DNA from: Zootoca vivipara
Lineage: Eukaryota
Assembly: GCF_963506605.1 (NCBI RefSeq)
Contig: NC_083281.1
Location: 47,120,001 to 47,184,000, forward strand
Direction of reading: 5' to 3'
Length of the DNA: 64,000 nt
The notes beneath the pieces were generated by a model. The model was given only the letters and a program-made list of their open reading frames with translations. It made no database searches and was not told the origin of the DNA. The stretch's first letter is position 1; each line of letters opens with the position of its first letter. The position numbers and the translations under genes are program-made. Shown here one piece after another: positions 13,060 through 48,900 of this stretch.

Positions 13060-13493
13060 ACATTTACTTTTAAAACTTTTATTCAATAATATATAATTAT
13101 CTTAATATAGAACTGTCCATCATGCCACAGGCCCACCCTCCTCCCCCAGCCCACAAAACAGGAGCCAGGTGGTCAGAACACCATACACTGGGCTGGGTTC
13201 AGGGAAGTCACCTGAGCCAACAGCGGTTTCGCATACCCTTCACATTTCCCATGCTTTCTTGGTCAGGAAGAGGTCAACAGGAAGTCAAAGACAGAAGTTA
13301 AGGTTTGTGTTTTTATATGCTGTTCAATCCCATCAGCTGTTGCCACTGCCAGAGTCCTTGCTCCCGTAACCTGCCACTCGGATGACGACATCTGGAAGCT
13401 GCACACCACCATCTCTGTACACAAGCAGATTAAAACGTTTGATTTGGTTCTTGTTCTGCTTATGGAAAATTGGGAGAACAGCACCAGACAGAC
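13060..13493 (-). other. CSNK2A2: CSNK2A2 non-coding terminal exon (3' UTR)
   Basis: Acceptor ttccctag|GTCTGT at 13493. TTTTCCATAAGCAGAACAAGAACCAAATCAAACG and TATATTATTGAATAAAA match my recollection of the mammalian CSNK2A2 3' UTR. AATAAA at 13078-13083. Confidence 0.8.
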
Positions 13494-16229
13494 CTAGGGA
13501 AGAGACGGGAAGCAAGCATCAAACGCAAAGCTGGAGCTTGGAGGCACTGTGTAGCCAGAATGGTTAGCACAAGGAACAAAAGCCGAGGCAACTGTTTACA
13601 TTTATGGCCAAAGGCCTGTTGGGTCAAACACCGCTACATTCCAATGGTAGGCTTCAACACAGTGGAGCCAACCCATCTTGACATGAGCTCCCAATCTGAG
13701 AAGCAACTATGCCTCTCCAAGAACTGTGCCAAGGCATTGACATGGTATAGTCATGAGCCTGGATATGAGATGACTTTTATTATTACTTATTAAATTTGTA
13801 TACCACCCTTCATCTGTAGATCTCTGGGCAGTTCACAGCATGAAAATACAAGATAAACATACAAAACACATAATAAAACAAGAACAAAATAAACCACTAA
13901 CAACCCCACCCCATGCCCTTGAGGAACAGCAAGCAAAAGAAAGGAAAATGTCAGAGGAAAATAAATGTTCAGATTAGCTATACTGTAGTACCACATTGTG
14001 CAAAAAGACTCCATCACAGTCTCCAAGGAGCAGTGGGGTGGATCCTTACCCCATTTGTCAAAGGCAGAGGAAATTTTGTATTCATGTTGGAAGCCTTTGG
14101 ATCAAAGAACTGAGAAGATGCATCAGGTACTTCAATAAAAATGATTCTTTCAGTAAGTTTTGATGGTACTTTGACAGAACTCAGCTACACATAGCTGCAA
14201 GGACCGGCAGTATGCCTCCCCACCCCCAAATTCTACATTCAATCTAACATTTAATTATGCAAGAATGTATTACATCTTGTGTGCATTTTGAACAATGGCT
14301 TTTCTTAAAAGTAAAACAAGAGTAAATTGGGGGCCATGAAAACCAAGTAGACAAATTCAAATTAAGATAATAGAAGGCGGAGATGCTGAGCTGCTTTCTT
14401 AAATATTTTGCATCGAAGTAAAGAGTGCTCTGTTCTGAATATATTTTTTAAAAAATTAATCCATGCACTTACTTCTTGATATTTAGCCTGAGCTCACTAA
14501 TCAATGTTCTAAAAAACAACAACAACTAACTGCAGAATTGCAACAAAACTTTATTTTTTCCTGAAAGGACAGCGAGGTGAGAAAATATGTATGGGTGAAA
14601 TAGAAGTGAGCAATGGTTAGGGGAAGAGTGATTAGAGGTCACAAGGAAGAGTCCATCATCTTAAGATTCTGCTAGGCATAAACGTCGTCTGAAGGTGGTC
14701 AACAAAGTGATCAGAAATAAAAGGTCCAAGAGGGACATCAAAACTGGGATGCAAAGCAGAGAGCAAACCCTGCACTCAAAGCCAGCCAGTGAGTTGGGAC
14801 ATGAACACAGGTCTTCCACAGCCAAGGCTCTACTCAAGCTACTGAGTTTTAAGGATAGAGATTAACAAGAGGGCTTTCCTCCTATGCCCCCAAAATTGTA
14901 CTTCAGCCCCCAAATCAGATCCTTCCTTCCAAGGAATTCCCAGAGACTAGACGGAGGACAACACAAGTTTGTACACAGAGAGATTTATTGGTTCCAGTGA
15001 ATTGTACAAATGGATCTGACCTGATATCAATGCTAACATGTCGTTATGGGGATGTGGAATGTAAACAGATGCTTCAAATAGAAACAATCTAACCTTCTTA
15101 CTTAAAATTAAATATTTGACAATGTAACAGAAAGGGGAAAAAATCTGCATTTTGGCATGGTGACAATTTTTTGGGGGTGGATTTAGGTATATGAAGTCAC
15201 CAGAATCACACAATATAATCCCCCCACAAGGTGGGGTTGAACTATAGGGCTCATGACGAGACCCAATGGAAAAACAAAAGGAGCATCTTACACACCATTC
15301 CCCCAAAGCAGAGGATTCTACCCCAACAATTCCAACACTGGGCTGGGCATGTAAAAATGCTTATAGGGATCTGAACCCTTGGCAGATTGTTGCACACCAA
15401 TTCTGAACAGCCCCTCCATGTCTGGCTTCCAAAATTCCACACTGGCCTCCTTGCCCAAACACTTCCTCTTTGCCTCTTTCACATAGTCAAAGCAGCTGTA
15501 ATCAACACAATTCTGAATTTTGCACAGTGATGGGAATGACCATGTTGGCTTTTCTAGCGATAATAACATGCCTCGCCAGAGGAAGCTCTCCTTCTGTCTC
15601 AAAGAATGACCTTTCCTCCAACTAAGGCAAGCACTTCCCCAGAGGGAATGGAAGGGGGAGGAAGTAGGATTCTCCCCAATGGCTACCTGCTTTGAATGTT
15701 CTTTTGACCGACTCAAAACCAAACCCAAGACTTGCTGGTTTAAAAACAGGAAAATGAGGGTCAGGGTGAGACCTGGAGAGAGCAGAGGTGAAACCCACCA
15801 CTTACAGGCTTTAATTTGCTTATGACTTAAGTAGAATCTGACCCCACAGGAGCTTGCCTCTGTGGGATGCATATGCTACATTCCAGTGTGTGTGGGAGGG
15901 GAGAAATTGCCCAACGGAAGAACAGAGAAAATGGTAGGCTGGGAAAGGTAGAGTACGAAACTGCAGAATCAACCCAGAGCCAGTCGTGCAGACCATGGGG
16001 GTACAGCCGCTTATCCAAGTAAATCTCGCACAACTGTTTGGATCAGTAACACAGAGAGAAAGTTTGGGTAGCCGTAAGTGCTGGAGAGGACTGGAGGTTA
16101 AGCCCTAACCCCCTTCAAGACGAGGCTTGCTGCAGAGCATACAGGGGTTTGGTTCATCCCTTCCCTAGGTGACTGAAGGGTGTGTTTGTATTTGTAAACC
16201 TCTGGAATTACCCGTCATTCCCCCAAACT

Positions 16230-39990
<23,761 letters not shown>

Positions 39991-40209
39991 GGCTTTTTGT
40001 TTTTAAAGAAGTTGTGGCAGGAAAGGAGCGCGAGTACTCTTTTGAAAACAGAGGCTTTTCCCCCTTTAATACTGTGAAGATTTTTCTTTCATCCCCCTCA
40101 TTTTGAAATACCGGTAGCCAAGTAACTTAATACAAAATGCTCTAAGACGAAGTTGTTACTAACCCTTTTTGGGAGAGCTGATTGGGATTAGCGAGGTGAT
40201 CTCCTGAAA

Positions 40210-40379
40210 CAGGTAGGTAGCCGTGTTGGTCTGGTGTAGTCGAAACAAAATAAAAGATTCCTTCCAGTAGCACCTTAGAGACTAACTAAGTTTGTCATTG
40301 GTATGAGCTTTCGGTGCATGCACACTTCTTCAGATACCTTCTTCAGATACTGGAAGGAATCTTTTATTTTGTTTCGACT
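40210..40379 (-). mobile_element. Short Penelope-like retroelement with inverted segment
   Basis: 10-bp direct repeat tctcctgaaa; 32-bp perfect inverted repeat 40238-40269 / 40348-40379. Confidence 0.72.
40301..40337 (-). ncRNA. Minimal hammerhead ribozyme motif, copy 2
   Basis: reverse complement GTAT-CTGAAGA-AGTGTGCATGCACC-GAA-AGCT-C-ATAC (1-nt deletion in stem II). Confidence 0.62.
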
Positions 40380-40454
40380 TCTCCTGAAAGTTAGCGAGAA
40401 CTTTGAAAATGGCGCTGTTCACCCATTCCTCCTGGCAAACGCATTGGATGGTAG

Positions 40455-41522
40455 TGTTATAAAATCATATTGGGGGAGGGGGTTTGCAGGACACCATTAT
40501 TAATGAACAGAGAGGGGTGACAGAATTTGACAGCTGCAATACCCAGAATCCTGTTCAATGCCATCTTCCCTGTCTCCTCACCCCTCCTGCTAGGACACGA
40601 CCCTGCCTGAAGGAAGGCTTAAGGATCTGCATATGCACAACAGTTACCATAAACTCACACATTTCCCCTCTCCACCTCCCCTCCGCCCAGAACAAAACAA
40701 TGTTTCCAGAAGAAGGGGGGGGGGAACCGCCCAAATCCAAAGCGACACTTTTCTACTCAAGTTAATAATATGTTCTCTTACCATGAAATCTCTATCCGCT
40801 GCCTCTGTATTAGAATTGCTAGTATCTCTCTGTATTAGAATTGCTGTTTTATATCTTAGAACTGTATATGTCAGGACTGCTACCTTTTAATTAGAAATCC
40901 CTGTATTAGGTATGTTTTCCAGGTATATTTTCTGTATGAACCCTGTATGACCCCAGCCTACCTGAACCTTCCCCTACTGCCACCCCATACCCACTCAAGG
41001 ACACACGGACAATAGAGGGATTAGCTGGAACAACTTTATTAAAATAAGAATGCCATCTTCAACGTAGTCCACCCTTCCATGGCCTGGAGGAAAACACCTG
41101 CCGGGCGGCCCCACCTCTGCACCCATCTCGCCTGATTGCCCCTCCGGCCAAACAAAGGAAAACACCATCAACAACAGGAGGAGAGCGATTGACATCTCGC
41201 CATGTGAAAAGAATACTCACTGCCACCCATCCTCCTTCTCCTTCCCCTCCCTCCCAGTCCAGGGATTTTCATGCAGGGACAGGGGGGTATAAAAAGGGAC
41301 TTCACCATTTTCCGGGGTCCTTCCTTCTTTCCAGAGGCAGGGACCCTACAGCTGTAGTTCTTTCTTTTCTGTAATAAAAGGATCAGTTTGTTTTTCCTGA
41401 CAGCATCGTGTGGTCTCTGTCATTTTCCCGGCGGAGCTGAACTTAGTGCAAATTTTGGAGCTTCCGACCCGCGTCTGTCCTTCTTAAAAGGCAACGCATT
41501 TTGGGGTACATTTTTCATAACA
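40455..41522 (+). mobile_element. Solo LTR (~1.07 kb)
   Basis: TG...CA ends with imperfect terminal inverted repeat TGTTATAAAA / TTTCATAACA; 4-bp TSD gtag; TATAAAAA at 41288, AATAAA at 41373. Confidence 0.75.
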
Positions 41523-42789
41523 GTAGTATGCTTTTAACCGTAATTTCTTTTAGAATGTTTTTGTTTTTAATTTTCAATATCTCTTTTCTTATTTTCTTAT
41601 TTATGAAATTTGTATAGTGCCCTTCATCCAAAGATCACAGGGCGGTTCACAACATAAAACTACAAAATGAGAACACAAAATACATAATAAAATAAAAGCA
41701 AACCGATAACAACGCCCCCACAACGCATTTAAAAGGCCAAAGAATGTTTAATCAGCCTGGTTATCTTTGCTGCCCTGTGCTGCTCGGGGAGGAACGGTGA
41801 GATATAAATTGTATTATTATTACTATTCATAATGCTGATATTGATGCTGAAGGAGGTCTTATGGCTTGCTCGAACAGGCGCCCTTCCAGATGTTTTGAAC
41901 TACAGCTCTCAATCGTAGGCTAGCGTCCGGCCGTGATGCAAGTTGCGGTCCAAAACATCTGGAGGAGCAGTAAGTTGGGAAGGCATACTGTGTACTGTTT
42001 TTCTTTTTTCGCTTTTTCCCCTGTTCCAGCGTTGTAAATCGCCTTGGAACATATTTTGATGAAAGGCAGTATATAAAGAACATGCTAATGTGTGTGTTTT
42101 TTTTAATAAACACGTGTGCTTGCCACAGACTAGCCTTCCAGTGTTGCCCACTGCCATGATTCTCAGAGCAGGCGAGTCGGGGGAGTCGGAATCTTTTCCC
42201 GACCGTCTTGCAATGTAGGTCAAGAGGCTTTTATTGCTAGGCCGCTGGTGCGAGAGCGACGACACTCCGTATCTATGCTTACTGCAGGGCTTTTCTGTTT
42301 GGGAAGCGAGGCATAAACAGAATAAGCATAGCTGGACAACACCTTCAGCACCGCAAAGGCTGGCTTCGCATGCCCGAAAATCGAGTCCGGCTGCTGCTTC
42401 TGACCGGGCGCGCAGGAAGCAACCACTGTGCTCTCGGCCCCCGGGTTACGTGCCCGCCTCGGGCATGAAGCCGCCGCCGGAGCGAGGGAGCAAGCTGCCC
42501 GCGAGTCAGCGCCAAACTCGCCCGCCGTGCCATAGTCCGGGGATTAGGTGAAGCCCCGCGAAGTGGGGCTGGAGCTGTCCGTGCCAGTCGCGGGTCACCG
42601 CTCCCTCCTCCTCCCTTTCGGGGCCTGGACGCGCCGCTTGCCGAGGATTATTCCCCCGCCCAGCAGCCTCCTTGTCTCGGTCGCGAGGCGCGGCGGCTGG
42701 CCGCCCGCGATGACGCGACCCCTCCTGGAAGGCCGGACCAGGAAGAGGAGAAGGAGGCGCGGTCGGGCGGCCTGCAGGGCCTGTGCCGC

Positions 42790-42803
42790 GTTGTTATGGC
42801 GAC
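42790..42803. promoter_or_regulatory. RFX X-box-like motif at the CCDC113 start (within CpG island ~42150-43140)
   Basis: GTTGTTATGGCGAC resembles the consensus GTTNCCATGGNAAC and ends 17 bp before the Kozak ATG. Confidence 0.6.
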
Positions 42804-42819
42804 CTCGCAGTCCACGGCC

Positions 42820-42947
42820 ATGGCGGACGAGGAGTCGGAGCGCGACAGCGTCCACACGGGCGAGTCGCGGGAGCTGAGCGAGGAGCTGCACCAGGACCTG
42901 GCCCAGTACTCCATTCACCAACTGGTCTGCTTGGTGGAGGAAGTCAG
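42820..42947 (+). CDS. CCDC113: CCDC113 exon 1
   Basis: MADEESERDSVHTGESRELSEELHQDLAQYSIHQLVCLVEEV; good Kozak context gccATGG. Confidence 0.85.
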
Positions 42948-45900
42948 GTGCGGCGAGAAGAACCCGCGCGGCGGCTCCGGCTCTTCCTCCAACGTACACC
43001 CGCTTGGGGCCCCTCAAAAACACCCCCTTTCCTTCCCCGCCACTGGCTGGCAGCCATCCCTGTGGGCAAAGGGAACGACCTACCCTGGGGCGGCGCGGGT
43101 CTCCCCCAATCGCCTTCTAAATCCGGCCCGCGGACGGTCCAGGCATCAGCGTGTTTTTACATGAGTAGAATGTGTCCTTTTATGTAAAATGCATCTCTGG
43201 GTTATTTGTAGAGCCTGCCTGGTGTTTTTACATGAGTAGAATGTGTGCTTTTATTTAAAATGCATCTCTGGGTTATTTGTGGGGCGTAGGAATTCGTTCT
43301 TTTTTTCTTCTTCAAAATATAGTCCTGTCCCCCCCAAAGGTCTGAGGGACAATGGACCGACCCCCTGCTATAAGAGTTTGCTGGCCTGTTTTAAAGAGTA
43401 AGCTTTAAAACTTTTCTCAGGTACAGGTAGGTAGCCGTGTTGGTCTGAGTCGAAGCAAAATAAAAAAATTCCTTCAGTAGCACCTTAAAGACCAACTAAG
43501 TTTTTATTTTGGTATGAGCTTTCGTGTGCATGCACACTTCTTCAGATACTTTCTACTTTCTCAGGTAGTTATTGTTCCATAATTTATTGCTGCTTTACCT
43601 CAAATGGAACCCTCAGAGTGGTGCAAAAGTTATACAGTATACCCCCCCTCTCTAAGGAGCAGGTTACCATAGATTGCAGCTTGAGGATTTTGCCTTAATG
43701 GATGCTGTTGTTATCCCTTTTGGTTTGCGACATGCATTGCTCACATGAACCACTGGGTTTGCTCACCTAATCTTTCATCTACCTTCAGCCATGACAATGC
43801 CATGCTCAAACTCGAGACAACAATGTTTGAGAAGACTTTCAATCGGCTTGAGCCAAGGGACTTGTTGCTGGAAAAGTTTGGCTCCTTTATGGACATGGGA
43901 CAAGCACAACTTGTAAGTTATGGGATTATTTTACAGATACTGGTATAGCTGTTGTGACAGTATTTGTGGTTTTGATGGTGCAAAGAGTCGGCTCCCATGT
44001 CCTTTCCTGAAGCTTAACTGGCCCAGAGTGTGGATGAGAAGCAGACCCTGAATTTAAAATGCTGTTTTTGTCCTATAAAGCCTTAGGTGGCTCAGGTCCC
44101 CACTACCTTAGGAACTGCTTCTACCTGCATGGACCTACTCAGACCCTGCACTTGTCATCTGAAGCCCTTGATGTCATCTGAAGCCCTGCTCCAATGGAAG
44201 GGCAGAGGGTGCCAGCACAAGATTGGGCCTTCTCAGAGGTGGCTCGCAAGTGTGGAATGCTCTCCCCAGAGAAATGTACCAAGTTCCATCACTACCTATA
44301 TTTAGACCACATTCCTTTTCATCCAGGCATTTTGTTCTTAATTGATGTTCATCATTTAGTAGGTTAGGTTATGATTTGTCCTTTTTATTATAGGATGAGT
44401 ACTTTTAGTCAACTAATGTTCTTTTATCTTTTTTATTTATTTTGAATTTTGTATCATGCATGCTTTTATAATTGTAAGTTGCTTTGAGACTTTTTTGTAA
44501 TAAGCAACAAATAAATATAATACTAACAATATTTTATTGTTATTATTAATATCAGGCTGCCAATCTGTCTTGTATCCAATTCACCACAAATTTCATCTAA
44601 GACACCTAACAAAGCATATCACTTATTAATATTCATAAAGGGGGAAAAGAAGAAACAAATGGTAAATTCTAGAGTTCAGTTGCACCTTTTGTGGCTTTTT
44701 ATGTAGAGCTGTGTGCTGCTATCTTGCAATCATTTTGTTTCTAGGCACGAGGCAGGCGCAAATCTAAAGCCCGGTTAACAGCAGATCGCCTGGTGGGTCT
44801 GACGGTGGAACAGAAATGTGACATAGCACAACGGGAGCTGGAGGAGACAAAGGAAGACGTTCAGAGGTTAAAGGAGAACTCAGAAAGGCTCTTGCAGAAC
44901 TACCTGGTATAGTTGTCCATCTGCTCTGGGATAGGAAGAGGCACATTGTGTGGTATCGCTGTACTGAAGTGTGTGATTTCTCCTCATTGAGGCACCTGTT
45001 CATGCCAGGTCAAATTTAGTAACAGTGAGCAGTGGTATACCATTTTTGGCCCACTCAGCAGTATCTGGTGATTCAGGTGAAGAGGCACTTTTCTACCAAT
45101 CAAATTTATAATCCAAAGGTAGTTCATTTAGTCAAGGCTGTAGACAAGTGGTCTTATTGAGAAGCAGAAGGCAGGAAATGATGGCACTTGATAACATTAA
45201 AACACTGAGCTTCAAGATCCCCTGAATTTTCTTGGATTTAGCGCTGATCTTGTCATACGTTTCTGTGCAGTAGTACTTTGGGAAAGGCTTAAAAACACCA
45301 ATTTATGGACACTCCAAGGAGCTGCGGGCTTATAAAAGCCATAGTTAAGGGGAGGATGTGCCTTTTAAAAAACTGTCAGTTTTGCTGTTGATTGGGAAGA
45401 TACATGCCAGGCTGCCTCTTGCAGAATCTCAGAATATTTCTCTTTTGTGTATGTTAAAATAGATGCTGAAGAGCTAAAACTTGGGTTAAATGTCTCTTTT
45501 CTGGATATTTAAACTTGGGGTGCATAGCTGGCCAGAGTGGGTGGCTGCTTAATTTTTCTGCCAATAAAATCCTTCTTTTCCTCATTCATTATTTCAGTAC
45601 TATAAACAAAGCAGGAGCTGTGGCATGAGAAATACAGCTGAAGTACTTGACAGTGTCATTTGCTCACACAGGCTCTTATGCATGGAGTTTGGGGAGCCCA
45701 ATTAGGGTTAGTTCCAAGATTATCAGTTGCAATAACATGGTCAGGTTTGGAAAGCTTTTCCAATGGAGTGTGACTTTCAAGGTGGGAACTGAGCAAGGGA
45801 GATAGACAAAAACATTATATGGGCCTGCACCATCTGCCCTGTGGGAAGGAAAGGGGGGAAGCAAGAGAGACAGGAAACATCAGTGCCTGCTGCCATTGGA

Positions 45901-48900
45901 CTCACCCACTCATAGGCAACTTTAAATTTTATATCATGTGTTGGATTGCAATGTCAAAATACTAAAAACAACAACTTGGGTGCCTTGGCAGAAAGGCAGC
46001 ATATAATTGTTGTAAATAAAGAATTGCTGGACATCTTACAATCAGTTAGGCATTGTTCATTAACAGTCATACCAATTAATGGTCTTGGGCAAGGAGTTCA
46101 GCTGGAGTAGCACAGCCAAGCAATTCATGTTTGCCACCTACTTCTTGCTGCTGGTCTCCACCTTTTTAACTCAAGGGTTTACAGAACACAATACTTTGTC
46201 CCAGGGCAGCAGCTGGGCAGCATGGTTCTCCATGAGAACAAATCAATGACATGCAGCCTTCCTTTACTGACGGTGCAATCTGAATTTGGCAGGCTGTCCT
46301 GGAGGAAACAGACATCCGCCTAGTTGACATTAAGAAAGCTGTGCAGGACTTTGACAAAGATATAGTCAAAACCATCACCAAGAAGAAAGGGAGTGTCATC
46401 GCCTCTGAAAAAGTGCTGAGATACATGGAAGATAGGATACGCTACAGGGTAAGTGGGGAGAACATTGGGCAGTCCCATCAGCTGCTCTCATTTTGCTCTG
46501 TTAGCCAGTTGATAAGCTTGGTAAAACAGCCTGTTAGTGGGACAGTCGGTGTCTCTAATCCTCCTGCATGTGATCATGTTTTGTTAGATACCAGCAACTG
46601 AGTGCTGTAGCCTGTAGACATCATGGTGGGATCCCACCAAACAGTGGCATACATTCAGATCCCTTAAACAATCTTTGCCATTCAGATGAGGACTTCCTGA
46701 GAAATGTGTCCATTTCAGAGCATTATTATTCTATAGAACAGCGTTTCTCAACCGCTGTTCCGCGGCACAGTAGTGTGCCGCGAGACGCTGGCTGGTGTGC
46801 CGCTACCTGCGGTGACGAGAAGGGCGATTGTCGCCCGCAATGCACCAGGGTGCCGGGCTGCCAGGGGCGCCGAGCCGCTGCGCCCGTGGCAGTCGTCCGG
46901 CGCCCACGGCAGTTGCGCCCGACTCCCGAGCCGTGCGGCGCCTGAGGCGCCCGTCATCACAGCCGCACTGTGTGGGAGGGGGCAGGGGCTGACGCTGACA
47001 CTCCCGACGTTCGGGAGTCCTTTGCGCATGCGCAAAGCGCAGCTGTGGACTCCGGTGGTTTCTCCCGAACGTCGGGAGTCGTCCGGCGCCCTCCAGACGG
47101 CCGCGAGGCGCCCGCCGGAGTCCGCGCTGTGTGGGAGGGGGCAGGGCTGACGCTCTCGTGGTCTCCTGACTCTGCCAGCCAGGTCTCCTTCTCCCGACGT
47201 TGGCAGCCTGGCGCAGCTCACGGGGCGCCCAGGGGCCGTCAAGGCAGGTGTTCGGCTCCCGCCGGCGGCCCTTCTCCCGCCATGGCTGCCGTCGCGCACC
47301 CGGCTGGGATCCAAGCAGGCGGCCGCGGGGCGGGTGTGTCGCTGGGTCCGCTCCTCCTCCTCCTCCCTCGGCAGGGCTCTGAACTCCGTGTAGGTGTGTT
47401 TAAACTTTTATTGATGAAAAGTAAACTCTTCAGCATAAGTCTGTCATGATATTAACACGTATTTTCATTTTAGGCAGGCTAAATCATTTCGATTAATGAC
47501 ACAGCACTTCCTGTCGAGAATCCCAGCAAAACAATTTTGCATAGGTGTACGCCACGCATCCAGGGAATTCCCCCCCCAAAAAAAACCCATTTATTGAGTA
47601 CATAATCATAAAAGGACATCATTTTTATTCATCAAACTAATGAAACAAAAGCTTCACTATTTCTTTTAAATTAACAACCAAACTTTAAAAATACAATCTT
47701 AAGTGAGACACAAATTACTATCTTTTTGGCAAGTGTTTCTTACAGTCATAATTATATAGTCAATATAGGGCGGCACAGAGTTAAATTTTTTAACTTTTTT
47801 AATGGTGGTGTGCCTCGAGATTTTTTTCATGGAACAATTGTGCCTTGGCCCAAAAAGGTTGAGAAACACTGCTATAGAATACATATCTTGAAATTATAAA
47901 GCTGAATCAGTAAATAGGATGGATATTTATTATTAAATAACTATACCTAACTCTGTACCTGTGTCCTTAACATGCAGAAATAAAACAGGTAAAGCTCCTC
48001 CTCCTATCTCCATGCCAGCTTCACCACATTTCTACATGTTATATATTACATTTCAGCCTGGTAAAGACACAGGAGTGGGGCCAATGAAAAAGATGGCAAC
48101 TGTATCTATGAAGTCCCAGTTCTGATCTTCATCAACTTTTCCTCAATTCAATCTTTCAGAGAATGGCCATTGCCTGTGCAAGGCAATAGCAATAATAATG
48201 AGCAGCTGGCATTCCTTCTAGTTTAACTGCATCAGGGTTGAGAGCTGTTTATACACAATTATACACAATTGTATAATTGCTCAAAATACTTCTGAGATGC
48301 ACCTAACTCTTTGGCCTAAAATTGAGTTCTGTGCAACTCAAAAGTCTTCACACTTGTTAGAGTTGAGAGGCAATTCCATTTGGATACATGTGAGATCCAA
48401 GGCAAAGCAGCATCCCTGTTATTACCTGGGAGTTTCCTCTGGAGAGCTTTGCCGCCAGGAGTGATTGGTCACAGCCTGCAGGGTAAGTGCTAATCTCCCA
48501 GCCATGCATAAAGTACATGTAAACGCAGGCAAACTTTAGCAGCAAGCCTGAGAAAAAAATTAGGTGACTTTCTTTTTCAGGATGTACTGAAAGAGAAAAT
48601 TCGTTTGAAAAATGATTCCCTGAAAGTCCAGAAGAATAAGATGCAAATGCAGCTCAAGCAGGTGGGTAAACTGCAATTTTGTGAAGGTGCATCTCAACAG
48701 GCCAGCCTCGCCTCGGTGTACCATTGTTTGGTGTCCTATACATTCCATGTTGTTGTTCATTGATCAGGAGTATCTCCATAACTCGAACACCATAATCATC
48801 AATTAAGAAAGAGCACCCAACATTTGGAACATGTCCTCTTTTAAAACCATCCAAATTTGACTATCACTGCCTCCTTTGGGAGCGAGTTCCACAGATTAAC

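Noticed and set aside
15318-15872. 184-aa ORF in the CSNK2A2 3'-UTR intron
   Set aside because: No homology cues or coding-like composition.
46748-47449. 188, 159 and 125 aa ORFs inside the hAT element
   Set aside because: GC-content artefacts; no transposase motifs.
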